The notes: a model not told the origin generated them from the letters alone. Counted from the stretch's first letter, positions 20,303 to 31,084 are shown. The stretch is DNA of 64,000 nucleotides from Myxococcota bacterium (GCA_036337435.1 JAYZEG010000037.1:1-64000), one strand, 5' to 3'. Program-made: numbers and translations.

Positions 20303-23300
20303 TGTATCGTTATCCAAGACCGCCAGTTCTCAGCCAAATCCCGCGCGAACAACATGCCGTTCTCGAAGCGAGTGCAGGGACTGGTAAAACCTACACCATC
20401 GAGCATCTCGTCATCGATCGTCTGATTCACACGGACGCCCGACTTTCGGAAATTCTTGTAGTCACTTTTACTGAGAAAGCCACTGGCGAGCTCAAGAGTC
20501 GAATCCGGAGCTTGATCGAGACGATTCTTGAGCAAGCTGAGTTGTGCGAACCCGATGGGATAGCGTCTCCAACGGAAGCCGATGAGTTTTGGCTCTTTGA
20601 TAAAAACATCAAGAGCAAGTTGGAGATGGAATTATTCAGTTTTGACCTCGCTCCTATTTTCACAATCCATGGTTTTTGCAACCGACTGCTATCAGAGTTG
20701 GCGTTCAATAGTGGCCAAGTCTTCAAGCAAACGAAGGTCGACACGGACATTATCTTTGAACGGGCATGGCGAGAGGCCGTTCGATACGATTTCGCTCAGA
20801 GTCCTGAACACCATGAGCGCCTGACGCGCTGGCATCGCAAATCAACAGGGGATCGCGAATTGTGTCGCCTGCTACAAAATGCGCATAGCAAGGGCTATTT
20901 GCGAAATAGATTAGATATCTCAGAGGAAATCCAATCTCTAAAATCTGATTTGAATCGAGATTTCAGGGCCGATGAATATATCGAGTCCGTCAGTCAACTG
21001 GCTCTTCAACGCAAGGGCGTCGAGGCGATTGCCGATCAAGCACCACGGCTCGAGCAATTGAACCGGAGTGAAGCCGATGGACAAGATTATTTGGCCCAAC
21101 TGATCGACTTAGACTTAAAGGCACTAATTCGACCGCCCAGAGCCCGGTCAACGGCCCTAAAGGCACCCTTTCCAGATGGGTTGAGCGCAACCCAAACCAA
21201 GAACCTCAACCGGATCAACCAACTGAGTCGAATTGCCCAACTCCTTCAAGCCGAAGAACGGGCCGATGTCGACGCACTGCTCCCTATGGTCACAAAGCGA
21301 ATTGACCACCAAAAGGAGCGGGACAGGCTTTTCGAATTCGATGACTTATTAAACCGAGTCAGTGATGCGCTTTGCGACGAAACAAATACGGACTTTCTCA
21401 AGCTCCTACATGAGCGATTTCGTTATGGCCTTATCGACGAATTTCAAGATACCGATGGCAAGCAATGGCACATATTCAAACGTATATTTGTCGACAATCC
21501 GAAAGGCGTTCTCTACATCATCGGTGACCCAAAACAAGCGATTTATGGATTTCGTGGTGCAGACATTCATACCTATCTGGATGCCAGAGACTCACTGCTT
21601 AACGCCCAAGATAATCCAGCCGTACGCGTTCCATTAAGGACCAATTTCCGATCTACGAATGCGATGATCGACGCGGTCAATATGATCCTCGACCAACGGG
21701 ATGCTGACCCAATGCTTCAGGGTCCAATACGATACAGCGAGCCGGTGTTATGTGGGCGAAAAGAGCTGACTTTAGTTGATTCCGAGGACCAAATCGTAAA
21801 ACCACTGACCATTTGGACACAGACAATACATCCAAGCGGCCGCTCTAGAAGTCCGTCAGGTGCTGCCGTCCTTTCTGGCTTTATGGACAATATCGTTGGG
21901 AGTATTCAGCAGCTATTGTCACACGATCAGGCCTTATTCCTGAGGAGTGAAGGGGGTCAGAAAAAACGCTTGATGGCCAATGATATTTATATCCTGGTCC
22001 GAACCGGAACCGAGGCCAATCTCATCGCGAATGGGCTCAAACAGGCCGGTATTTCAAGTGTTCGACAGTCCAATTCAAAGATTTTTCAGTCCAAAGAATG
22101 CCGGGACATCATCCGAGTCCTGAAGGCGGTTTCACGGCCTGGTTCAGAGTCGGCTAGACTGGGTGCTCTGTATTCCAATTTCTTCTCAATTCCTCAAGAG
22201 CCGCTCTCTCAGCATCGGAGCTATACTGAGGATCCCAACTTTCTGGACCAGCTCAATCGGTGGAAAAGCCTCGCTGAGCGTAACCGATATGGCGAGCTAT
22301 TCCGGGACCTCACTCTGACATCAGGCTTCATGGCTCGCCAATTGGATCGAATCGGGGGTGACCAAACGCTGGCTTTGGTCGAACAAATTTTCGAGGTCAT
22401 TCTGGAGACCATTGCGCAAGGCCGAACCCAGCTCGACCAGCTCATCGAAACACTCGAACGCTGGCATGAGGGCAGTTCAATTCCTGATGGAATAAACAGC
22501 GGTATGCGGCTGGCAGGCGAACACGATGCGGTTCAGATTCTGACAATCCACAGGAGCAAAGGTCTCGAAGCGGGCATCGTCTTCTTCTTCGGAGGCTACT
22601 CGAGACCGCCGAGCGGAGCGGTACAAACTGTCAATTACGCCAATCAACGCCATGTCCTCGTCGGTCGGTCCGCATGCCAAGCTTTTGGAGACCTGCTCAA
22701 GGCACAGGCTGCAGAGGAAAATGAACGGTTGCTCTATGTTGCGCTCACTCGTTCTGTCGCGAAACTCTATGTCGGTGCTGTCCAGTCGAGCAAACCGCTG
22801 GCCGGCCCCTATGATATCTTGAACAGACGACTCCTCGCACTGCTCGATTCTGGCCGCATTACCGACTATGCAGATATCCAGTCTAATCAGGGCGCCATGA
22901 GCACAATGATGGGCGCAGCGCTCGGGCTAAAAACTGACGCTGTCGCCGTCCCAACGATATCGATGAATCGCGACAGATATGACCTCCTGCGCCGTCACCA
23001 TGCCCCATGGATCGTAACCAGTTATTCGGGGATGAAGCAACAGGCTCCAACCACTCCAATGCCCATCAGCCCAGCCAAGGATGTTAACGACAGCCCGATG
23101 GATGACGTACAGGATTTGCAGTTGGAACAACATCTCGCGAAGGATCTACCGGGCGGAAAGCATATGGGCCGATTCTTACACGAAGTCATTGAAGAACTGG
23201 ATTTCAAAAAACTGATTGCCCAAGCTTATCCAGATTGGGCGAGAGACGAGCAAGTACAATGGGCGTTCGAAAAGACCATGAGACGACACGATATCGATCC

Positions 23301-23865
23301 AAAATGGTTGTCCGATTCACAAGGCCTTATCTACAGAGCACTCAGTCAGTCACTTCCCCTTGGTACAGCGTTTTTGCCACCGCTTGCGTCCCTTCGATGT
23401 CTGCGAGAAATGGAGTTTATTTTTCCAATACCAGAACACGGTCACCCCCTCCTCAACGGCACCGAAGGCGCAAATCAAAGTTGGACCGTTGACCGGGGCT
23501 TGGTCAAAGGATTCATCGATCTCATTTTCGAATACAAGGAACGATATTTCTGGCTCGATTGGAAGAGCGACCGTTTGAGCCAGTATGTGGCGTCCAGCCT
23601 GCATAATCATGTTCAAACCAACTACGTCATTCAGGCACGTCTCTACACAATTGGAATGGTTCGCGTCCTTGGCATCAAAACGCTTGAAGACTACGAGCGA
23701 CGGTTCGGAGGATATTTGTATCTGTTCTTGAGGGGGGCTTCATCGGAAGACGCCCGGTCATCTGCGGTTTACTTCGAGCGGCCAAGTTGGGCAGACGTCG
23801 TTGCGTGGGAGTCATCGCTGATAGATGACCCACGCCTACCCGCCCGTCGGGAGGTGGCCCAATGA
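20302..23865 (+). CDS. recB: Exodeoxyribonuclease V beta subunit (helicase-nuclease)
   Basis: EASAGTGKT, VTFTEKA, DEFQD, IGDPKQAIYGFRGAD, TIHRSKGLE, YVALTR; nuclease GFIDL...DWKS. Confidence 0.96.
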   Translation: MYRYPRPPVLSQIPREQHAVLEASAGTGKTYTIEHLVIDRLIHTDARLSEILVVTFTEKATGELKSRIRSLIETILEQAELCEPDGIASPTEADEFWLFDKNIKSKLEMELFSFDLAPIFTIHGFCNRLLSELAFNSGQVFKQTKVDTDIIFERAWREAVRYDFAQSPEHHERLTRWHRKSTGDRELCRLLQNAHSKGYLRNRLDISEEIQSLKSDLNRDFRADEYIESVSQLALQRKGVEAIADQAPRLEQLNRSEADGQDYLAQLIDLDLKALIRPPRARSTALKAPFPDGLSATQTKNLNRINQLSRIAQLLQAEERADVDALLPMVTKRIDHQKERDRLFEFDDLLNRVSDALCDETNTDFLKLLHERFRYGLIDEFQDTDGKQWHIFKRIFVDNPKGVLYIIGDPKQAIYGFRGADIHTYLDARDSLLNAQDNPAVRVPLRTNFRSTNAMIDAVNMILDQRDADPMLQGPIRYSEPVLCGRKELTLVDSEDQIVKPLTIWTQTIHPSGRSRSPSGAAVLSGFMDNIVGSIQQLLSHDQALFLRSEGGQKKRLMANDIYILVRTGTEANLIANGLKQAGISSVRQSNSKIFQSKECRDIIRVLKAVSRPGSESARLGALYSNFFSIPQEPLSQHRSYTEDPNFLDQLNRWKSLAERNRYGELFRDLTLTSGFMARQLDRIGGDQTLALVEQIFEVILETIAQGRTQLDQLIETLERWHEGSSIPDGINSGMRLAGEHDAVQILTIHRSKGLEAGIVFFFGGYSRPPSGAVQTVNYANQRHVLVGRSACQAFGDLLKAQAAEENERLLYVALTRSVAKLYVGAVQSSKPLAGPYDILNRRLLALLDSGRITDYADIQSNQGAMSTMMGAALGLKTDAVAVPTISMNRDRYDLLRRHHAPWIVTSYSGMKQQAPTTPMPISPAKDVNDSPMDDVQDLQLEQHLAKDLPGGKHMGRFLHEVIEELDFKKLIAQAYPDWARDEQVQWAFEKTMRRHDIDPKWLSDSQGLIYRALSQSLPLGTAFLPPLASLRCLREMEFIFPIPEHGHPLLNGTEGANQSWTVDRGLVKGFIDLIFEYKERYFWLDWKSDRLSQYVASSLHNHVQTNYVIQARLYTIGMVRVLGIKTLEDYERRFGGYLYLFLRGASSEDARSSAVYFERPSWADVVAWESSLIDDPRLPARREVAQ

Positions 23866-25796
23866 AGATTGAGTGTACGATGACCTCCGCATGGGCCCAC
23901 TATGAGACGCTCGACAAAGGCCTTCGGCGCGGGCGCCTCTCCCAATTGACATCTCAACTGCGTAAAGACCGCGCCGCGAACAACCACGTAACCTTAGCTG
24001 AACTATTGACGGCCGCTGTCAACGAAAAGAGCGACGGGTATAGATGTGCACTGCTGCTCTTACTGGTTGTCGCTCTCGAAAATCAAGAGAGTGGGTCGAC
24101 CAGACTCCCTATATGGGTCGACGGTGAGATGTGTATTCGTACCCGTTTAACGGAGCGAATCGCAGCGTTCATGGCCGGAGATCTCAAGTGGTTTAGTGAG
24201 GGCATTGAGTCCCTGATGAATGACATCGAACGCGGCAACCTCAAACCACTGATCGGGGCTGAAACAGAGTCCTGTCCATTCATCATTCGCGCCGGCTGGC
24301 TCCATGAGAATCGAGCTTTCAACCAAGAAGTTATCCTGGCGAAAAAGATGGGGTCAATGGCCACTAGACTCACAGGTGTGACAACACTGGACATCGACGC
24401 GCTCGCATTAGAATTCCCGCTGTCCCAAGAGCAACGGCAAGCCGTGGAAAAGACACTTCATCGTCAATTGACCTTGGTAACCGGAGGTCCGGGTACAGGG
24501 AAAACCTCAATCGTCGTCGCATTGATCAAAGCATTGATCTCCGAGGGCGTCGACCTGAGCCGGATCGTCTTGGCCGCCCCGACAGGTAAAGCGGCCTTCA
24601 GGATGGATCAGGCCATTAGAAATGGCTTGTCTCAAGGACGAGAAACACTGGATGGTCTGTCTCCAGCGATGACCTTACATCGATTGCTGGGCTACCATCC
24701 GCGAGGCGGACGATTCAAACATCATCCGCGCAATCAATTGAGCGCATCTGTCGTGATTATCGATGAGGCGTCAATGATCGACACGCATCTGATGTTTCGT
24801 CTGATAAGAGCACTGCCAGAATCGAGCAAGCTCATTCTCCTAGGAGACAACGACCAGCTGCCATCTGTTGGCTCGGGACAGGTCTACAAAGATTTAATCA
24901 ATGCACTTCCAAAAGCCACAGCCAGACTCACAAAAAGTTTTAGAATGCGTGACGACGATCCTGATGGAAGAGATATACTTAAGTTTGCCGCAGCCATATG
25001 TGAGACTAAACCAAACCTCGATTCAGTGAATCAAAAAAACTCCGTCCAAGAAATCCGATGGGCTGGTGCCGAACATGTATCAGACAATGTACCCAAAGAT
25101 GCCATGGTCGCGGCTTGGTACGAACGACAGTTCAGCTTTTTAGAGCGCCTGCCTTTTATGATGACGCACTCGGCAGTGTCCGATGTCGACGACCCCATAC
25201 ATGAGACCTATTCTCAGTTGCTCGATGAATTCGAACGAACACAGGTTCTTGCCGTCACTCGCGAAGGACCTGCAGGAGTCAATTCGCTTAATCGGCTATT
25301 TCAGTCGATTCATTGTGAGCGCTACCATCTAAATCCAAAGCAGACATTTCAGACCGGCACACCGGTCATCATGAGGCGCAATGATTATCAACACGACCTG
25401 TTCAATGGGGATCAGGGGGTCGTCATCGGTCCTCGTCACGGTGACATAAACGAACACAGCGTGCTGTTTCGGGGAGCCAATGGCAACCGACTCTTGCCTT
25501 TGGGAAGTCTACTGGGTGACCTCGAACTCGCCTACGCCGTGACCGTGCATCAATCGCAAGGCTCAGAATACGAATCCGTTCTCATTTGTTTGCCCTCTGT
25601 CGATGTCCCCATGTTAACACGAGACTTAGTCTATACCGGTGTCACTCGAAGCCGGCGCTCTGTCATTACATGGGGGCCTGTCCAGAGCTTGCAATGGGCT
25701 TGCCAACGCGCTGCCATTCGTTATTCAACGCTCGATGCATTGCTGAGGCACTCAGTAGACGATGCCGATTGTGCACCGGACGAGCTGACCAAATGA
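23862..25796 (+). CDS. recD: Exodeoxyribonuclease V alpha subunit
   Basis: TGGPGTGKT, APTGKAA, TLHRLL, DEASM, GDNDQLPSV, TVHQSQGSEY, YTGVTR. Confidence 0.96.
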   Translation: MKIECTMTSAWAHYETLDKGLRRGRLSQLTSQLRKDRAANNHVTLAELLTAAVNEKSDGYRCALLLLLVVALENQESGSTRLPIWVDGEMCIRTRLTERIAAFMAGDLKWFSEGIESLMNDIERGNLKPLIGAETESCPFIIRAGWLHENRAFNQEVILAKKMGSMATRLTGVTTLDIDALALEFPLSQEQRQAVEKTLHRQLTLVTGGPGTGKTSIVVALIKALISEGVDLSRIVLAAPTGKAAFRMDQAIRNGLSQGRETLDGLSPAMTLHRLLGYHPRGGRFKHHPRNQLSASVVIIDEASMIDTHLMFRLIRALPESSKLILLGDNDQLPSVGSGQVYKDLINALPKATARLTKSFRMRDDDPDGRDILKFAAAICETKPNLDSVNQKNSVQEIRWAGAEHVSDNVPKDAMVAAWYERQFSFLERLPFMMTHSAVSDVDDPIHETYSQLLDEFERTQVLAVTREGPAGVNSLNRLFQSIHCERYHLNPKQTFQTGTPVIMRRNDYQHDLFNGDQGVVIGPRHGDINEHSVLFRGANGNRLLPLGSLLGDLELAYAVTVHQSQGSEYESVLICLPSVDVPMLTRDLVYTGVTRSRRSVITWGPVQSLQWACQRAAIRYSTLDALLRHSVDDADCAPDELTK

Positions 25797-26794
25797 AAAC
25801 GTATCAAACCGCCCGTCGAGAACAGCGGCTGGTCGAGACATTTAGAGAGCTGCTGCCGAAAGAGTTAAGCCCAGCGCCTCTTGTCTATGATGAAGGCGGC
25901 TATGTGGGTCGATGGATACGGAATGTCCATCCACCATCAACAGTTTGGAATCGGTGGAGTATTGGCGACTCAGTGGGTGTCCCTGAGCCGCCAAATGCGT
26001 CTTTTGAAACGGCAGTTATTCGACTGCCTCACTCCAGAGATTCTCTGAGCTATGCACTGAACATGATCGCGGGACGCTTGGTGCCAGGAGGTCAGCTGTG
26101 GATCTGCGGCGCAAATGACGAAGGAATTAAATCAACAGCGAAACGCATGGGGCCACTCTTCTCTACAATTCAAACCGCGGGAGTAAAAAATCATTGTCGA
26201 CTGCTCAGTGGTCGACGAACGGAGGCTCCTGCACGCTCAAAGATTGACCACTGGTGGACACATCAAACACTCAATCTAAGACACGAAACCGTCGATTGGT
26301 ATTCCCTGCCTGGCGTATTTTCCCGAGGGAGACTGGATCCGGCTACCGCGCTTCTGCTTGACCACCTGCCTCAACTCAAACCAAAGTCACGCATTCTCGA
26401 CTTTGGATGCGGAACGGGCATTATCGCATGGGCGTGCCAGCGTCTTGAAAAAACAATTCAGGTCAGTGCATCGGATGCGGACAGCCTTGCTCTGAAGTCG
26501 ACGGCGCGTAACCTTGACCAAGTGCGGCTTATTCAAAGCGATGGGTGGCGGTCAATACCCCGCGAAGAGTTCGACTTAATCATCAGTAATCCGCCCATAC
26601 ACAAAGGCAAAAGCGAAGATCATTCAGTTTTGGACCAGTTGATTGATGGCGCACGCAAACGCCTGTCGAAAGACGGCCAACTGGTCATCGTTGGTCAAGG
26701 CCGATTGGGTCTAAAACACCGAATGAAGGCGGCATTTGAAGGTGCCTCTTGCACAGCACGAACGAACCGCTTTCAAATTTGGAGCAGCCGATGA
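25793..26794 (+). CDS. rsmC: 16S rRNA m2G methyltransferase, RsmC family
   Basis: GANDEGIKS, LPGVFS...LD, LDFGCGTG, ISNPPIH; ATGA overlap with recD. Confidence 0.8.
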   Translation: MKTYQTARREQRLVETFRELLPKELSPAPLVYDEGGYVGRWIRNVHPPSTVWNRWSIGDSVGVPEPPNASFETAVIRLPHSRDSLSYALNMIAGRLVPGGQLWICGANDEGIKSTAKRMGPLFSTIQTAGVKNHCRLLSGRRTEAPARSKIDHWWTHQTLNLRHETVDWYSLPGVFSRGRLDPATALLLDHLPQLKPKSRILDFGCGTGIIAWACQRLEKTIQVSASDADSLALKSTARNLDQVRLIQSDGWRSIPREEFDLIISNPPIHKGKSEDHSVLDQLIDGARKRLSKDGQLVIVGQGRLGLKHRMKAAFEGASCTARTNRFQIWSSR

Positions 26795-27498
26795 CTCATC
26801 GTCGACTCGATTGGACCCTGGTCAATCGGGCCATAGGCCCTCGAAAACACGTTCAGAAAATGATTAAAGGTGGTCAAATTAGCGTCGATGGCCACACTGA
26901 GACAAACCCGAAGGCGAAGGTCCGAGAGAGTCAAACCATTGCTATAGATGGCATCGAAATTGGCATACTGCCGCATCTTCTCGCGTGGCATAAACCCGTT
27001 GATGTGGTCTGTTCGATGAGAGATCCATTTGGACGGAGCGACTTGAGTGGAGTCATTCCTGAGTCTTTACGGGGGCGGTTTCACCCAGTCGGCCGACTGG
27101 ACAGAGACACCAGTGGACTGCTGATCTTTTCAAGGTCAGGTTCCCTCACTCAATGGTTTCTCCATCCCAAAAGATCAGTTCGACGCTGGTACAAAGCCAT
27201 CGTGGATGGAATGCCTTCTGACGAGCTTGCCAAACAGTTGGCAGGGGGTGTTGAAACCAGTCTGGGTGTGTTTCCAGCCCAAGTTGACAGAATCTCAGGC
27301 AACGCCGTCGTGCTCTCAGTCACGGAAGGTAAACATCGCATGGTCCGAAGGATCCTCGCGAACTGCGGATATCCCGTCCTCGACTTGCACAGATTTCGTT
27401 ATGGCCCGATCGAACTCGAGGGCTTGCGGGCTGCACAGATTCGCCCTGTCTCAGAGGCAGAAATGACGGCCCTCGCAGAGATGGGCGCCCCTTTTTAG
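26791..27498 (+). CDS. rsuA: rRNA pseudouridine synthase, RsuA family
   Basis: N-terminal S4 domain, HKP, VGRLDRDTSGLL, EGKHRMVRR, LHRFRYG. Confidence 0.8.
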   Translation: MTHRRLDWTLVNRAIGPRKHVQKMIKGGQISVDGHTETNPKAKVRESQTIAIDGIEIGILPHLLAWHKPVDVVCSMRDPFGRSDLSGVIPESLRGRFHPVGRLDRDTSGLLIFSRSGSLTQWFLHPKRSVRRWYKAIVDGMPSDELAKQLAGGVETSLGVFPAQVDRISGNAVVLSVTEGKHRMVRRILANCGYPVLDLHRFRYGPIELEGLRAAQIRPVSEAEMTALAEMGAPF

Positions 27499-27902
27499 TG
27501 GACCTTTAATGGCTGGCTAAGTGTAAAAGGCGCAATCTTGGCCTGGAAAACATCGCCGCCCTGCCGCAGCATTTCGTAATGACCATGCATCATCCCTTGA
27601 GGGGTTTTGAGAATGCAGGCACTGGTGTATGTAAACGTCTCACCCTGGCCAAGTAAGGGTTGCTCACCAACAACTCCCGGCCCTCGCACCTCTTCTATTT
27701 GGTCATTTGAATCGGTGATCACCCAGTGCCGCGATAATAACTTCACGGCTGCCTCACCCTCATTTGTTATGTGAACCTTGTACGCGTAGAGATATTGCGC
27801 AGCGTCTTGATGCCCACGCTCGGTCACAAACCGGCTGGTCACATTTATCCTGACAGATTGGGTGGTATATTGCGATGTGCTCATAGCCATGATCTGCCAC
27901 AC
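27495..27902 (-). CDS. apaG: ApaG protein
   Basis: LLSRHWVIT, GPGVVGEQP, YTSAC, GMMHGHY. Confidence 0.95.
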   Translation of the reverse strand: MWQIMAMSTSQYTTQSVRINVTSRFVTERGHQDAAQYLYAYKVHITNEGEAAVKLLSRHWVITDSNDQIEEVRGPGVVGEQPLLGQGETFTYTSACILKTPQGMMHGHYEMLRQGGDVFQAKIAPFTLSQPLKVH

Positions 27903-27937
27903 TCGTCTCTACAGGTCAAACAGCGTTTTCATAACCA

Positions 27938-29668
27938 TCAGAGCCGAATCGGGACTGTGAGTTGCATGTGGTCTCCAGAAAATCGTGGAAAGCGAACGCC
28001 GGCAATGGCGCGTTCGATACACTGTCCGATTTTCGTCCCACGAACGGACCCGCTGATGGCTCTCACATTAGCTGGACGTCCATCTCTTTTGATGGTCAGA
28101 GCGATCATGACTTTCGCATTTTTAAATTTCTCTTCCTTGCCAATACAGCGTTTGAGTGTCCCACGTCTTTTTCCCAGTGCCCGCGTGATTTGCTTGTGAT
28201 TGAGCGAAAAGGGCAATTTGCTTTTTGGGCCAGTTCCTCCAAAGAGATTCGATTTTGCGAGTTGCTTTTTTGGCTGTGTCACCTTCTTTGATTTGGAAGC
28301 CTGCTGCTTCCTTTTTTCACGCTGAGCAGCCCGAGACAGTTGAAGTGCTTTCTTTCTTGCCTCGTTGGCGGTTTTCTTATCCGTCGGGGATGCCGTCCTT
28401 TTACCCGTTTGTTTTTTCTCCAGCTTTGTTGTGCCTGTCACAGACCCGATTGTTTTTTTTGACAACCCAGCATTGGGTTTGGGTGCCGGTGGTGATGACT
28501 CTGCGACCTGCTTACCCGCCTGCCCGGTGCCGGACCCCTGAGCTGACCCAGAATCGACAGCCTGATTTGCAGGGGCGTCGGTCTTTAACGCCCCTTTGGA
28601 CTGAGCCGAGTCCATGGCCTTTTTCTTTGCCTGAGTCAGCTTCATAATGTCGTCAGATGACATTCCAATTTTGATTGCTTTTGGCCGGGGTTTCGGTTGT
28701 ACGACATCACCCTCTGTCTGCGACACATAGAGTGCTGTCAGGACACCGACAACAGCCAATAATAAAACGCCGATGACCAGGGGTACTTTCGATTTTCGTC
28801 CAGACTCCAGACGGCCAATTTTCCGCGCGTCATGAATCGCTGCGGGGGCTGCTGGCTCAAGGTCTGCTATTGGACTAGACAGAGCCTGTTCACGACTTTC
28901 TTGGATCGCAGTCTCGCGCTCAACAATCTTCGCCTGTGGGAGCTGGATGGCGGGCGCAGGCTCAACGTCTTGACTCGGCCCCTCGACCTCAATTGGGTCG
29001 TCAGTCAGCCGGATTTCGGACGCACTCGCAGGCTCACGATCAACGGCCGCACTTTGGGCCTGCCGCAAAAGACTTTCATCAATGTCAGCATAATCGACAT
29101 CATCTGCCGGCGGATCGTACTCGGACTTATCAGCTGCACTTTGGCGCGCGTCGAGACGCTCTGAGTCAATGGGTTGGTTTAGAGCAGGCTGCACGGTGCT
29201 CTCTGATGAATCCGAAGACTGGGACACTCCCAGTGTCATTGATAACTCGTCCGCTTTAGGAGGTGATATCGCATCCAAAAAATCAGCACCTGGAACAAAG
29301 CTGGGCATGGCAATTGTCGCCGGCTCATCCTCGTCGGTTAGAGCCTGCTCGCCATCAAGTGCCGTGGCTCGATCGCCGATTGAAGCTGAAGCCTGGGACT
29401 GCTCAAAGAGGGCGGCGAGCTCGGCTTTAAGGGCTTCATCATCAGGCGACGCAACGAGGGTGCCGTCATCGTCAGCTTGGTCAGGCTGTGGCTCGATGGC
29501 TCCCCCGTACTCGGCGGCTAAGGGGCTCTCTCGCAGAGGCACCCAATCGGTCATTGATTCGGACCAAACTAAGGCATCAGAGTCCGCCACTCCGTTGGAG
29601 ATTAAATCTCTTAACTCCGATTCTGACATCGGCCCGAGTTGGTCGTCATTTATGAGTACATACCACAT
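27938..29668 (-). CDS. GYF_2 domain membrane protein with AgmX/PglI (TonB-C-like) C-terminus
   Basis: N-terminal WYV...QLGP...LVW...DW; acidic linker; single TM; basic linker; C-terminal C...TIKRDGR...GQCI...FPRF. Confidence 0.8.
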   Translation of the reverse strand: MWYVLINDDQLGPMSESELRDLISNGVADSDALVWSESMTDWVPLRESPLAAEYGGAIEPQPDQADDDGTLVASPDDEALKAELAALFEQSQASASIGDRATALDGEQALTDEDEPATIAMPSFVPGADFLDAISPPKADELSMTLGVSQSSDSSESTVQPALNQPIDSERLDARQSAADKSEYDPPADDVDYADIDESLLRQAQSAAVDREPASASEIRLTDDPIEVEGPSQDVEPAPAIQLPQAKIVERETAIQESREQALSSPIADLEPAAPAAIHDARKIGRLESGRKSKVPLVIGVLLLAVVGVLTALYVSQTEGDVVQPKPRPKAIKIGMSSDDIMKLTQAKKKAMDSAQSKGALKTDAPANQAVDSGSAQGSGTGQAGKQVAESSPPAPKPNAGLSKKTIGSVTGTTKLEKKQTGKRTASPTDKKTANEARKKALQLSRAAQREKRKQQASKSKKVTQPKKQLAKSNLFGGTGPKSKLPFSLNHKQITRALGKRRGTLKRCIGKEEKFKNAKVMIALTIKRDGRPANVRAISGSVRGTKIGQCIERAIAGVRFPRFSGDHMQLTVPIRL

Positions 29669-29730
29669 CGGTTTGTAAGGTAACCCCTAGGCGATCACTT
29701 AGCAAAACTTAGCGTGTTGAAACTTCAATA

Positions 29731-30210
29731 TCATGGCATCAGACCTGACGCTTCGAGGAGGCTGCGCATATTGGCCCGCGACCAATGAGCTGCAGTGATG
29801 GCCCACTCACCATCATCTTTGGCGAGCGTCAGCTTGAATTTAACCAAATCGGCTCGTAGGCTTTTGAGTTCATCTGGTGAGTTCACAGGACGCCCGGTCA
29901 GTGCGGCCAGTAAATCAACGGTTGCTGTACGCTCTGTGGGAAAGCTAATCTGGCTAATTCGCGACAAAACGAAGATTTTCTGGCGACGTAAAAATTGAAA
30001 ATTGATCATCGAGACCAGCTGCTGCTTGGAATAGCGACCCTTACCGCGAAAATCGTCGGCGAAGAGCGCCCGTAATTCTCCCAAGTCTTCTTTTTCAGCA
30101 AACATTTCAGCCCGCGCGATGAATTCTCGAATTTCTGTTTCTGGATCCTTTGGACGAGACCGGCAACCTGTGGCAAAACTCACCAACAGAAATCCAAAAA
30201 GGAGCGGCAT
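29731..30210 (-). CDS. Lipoprotein, NTF2/SnoaL-like fold
   Basis: LLVSFATGC lipobox; D...L..LFADDF and K.DGEWAI patterns; start uncertain. Confidence 0.65.
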   Translation of the reverse strand: MPLLFGFLLVSFATGCRSRPKDPETEIREFIARAEMFAEKEDLGELRALFADDFRGKGRYSKQQLVSMINFQFLRRQKIFVLSRISQISFPTERTATVDLLAALTGRPVNSPDELKSLRADLVKFKLTLAKDDGEWAITAAHWSRANMRSLLEASGLMP

Positions 30211-31084
30211 GGTCGCCGACTTAAACGAAGAGCAAGGGACTCCGGGAGCCATCTGGAGTTTAGTTGTCGCCACGATAGCCATCTCCTTTGCTGCTATTTT
30301 CTTCGTAAAAGCTCAACCCACCCATCCACTGGTTTCGGCTGGTCTCCGTTTAACAATCGCTGCGGCTGTTATGTTCCCCGTGTCGGCTCAATATTTCAAG
30401 TCGATGCCAAAAGCGGCCCTATGGAAGTGCGTCCTGGCCGGACTCTGCTACGCAACCCACTTTGGTGCTTGGGTCTGGTCACTGATGCTCACCTCGGTCG
30501 CTGCATCAACGACCTTGGTGACTGCCACTCCGCTTTTGCTTGGATTAATCGGCTGGCTGACAGGTCAAGACAGGCCTACAAAGACACTTTGGGTCTCGCT
30601 CGGTCTCGCCTGTGTCGGAATCGTCCTGATCAGCCAAGGCAGCGGGCAGTCTGGTTCAGCCCCGATGCTCGGCAACGGGCTCGCGCTTTTGGGGGCTCTC
30701 GGCATGGTTGGCTATTTACTGCTTGCGAGGCAATTAGCCCAATACAATCCCTGGACTCTCTTGAGTATCGCATCCGGCGTTGGAGGTGGGGTCTTGCTGT
30801 TCACGGCGGCCTGCTTGGGCATACCTATCGAGGCCGCCAGCTCGGACGCTTTTTTTTGGATTGTAATGGCCACTTTGATCCCGCAGCTCATCGGACACAC
30901 TGCACTCACCTACAGTCTTAGATATGCGCCGCCAACCGCAGTTGCGATGGCGACGGTCGCCGAACCTGCTGGAGCAGCGATACTTGCGTGGCTCATCTTA
31001 GCCGAAACCGTCACAATACACGTCATGATTGGTTGTGCGATTACTCTATTCGCGGTTGCCAGTGCTGCTCGTAGCGGCCACTAG
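30209..31084 (+). CDS. DMT/EamA family transporter
   Basis: About 10 TM segments; ISFAAIF, HFGAW, IPQLIGH, EPAGA; AAAGGAG RBS before ATG 30209. Confidence 0.9.
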   Translation: MVADLNEEQGTPGAIWSLVVATIAISFAAIFFVKAQPTHPLVSAGLRLTIAAAVMFPVSAQYFKSMPKAALWKCVLAGLCYATHFGAWVWSLMLTSVAASTTLVTATPLLLGLIGWLTGQDRPTKTLWVSLGLACVGIVLISQGSGQSGSAPMLGNGLALLGALGMVGYLLLARQLAQYNPWTLLSIASGVGGGVLLFTAACLGIPIEAASSDAFFWIVMATLIPQLIGHTALTYSLRYAPPTAVAMATVAEPAGAAILAWLILAETVTIHVMIGCAITLFAVASAARSGH

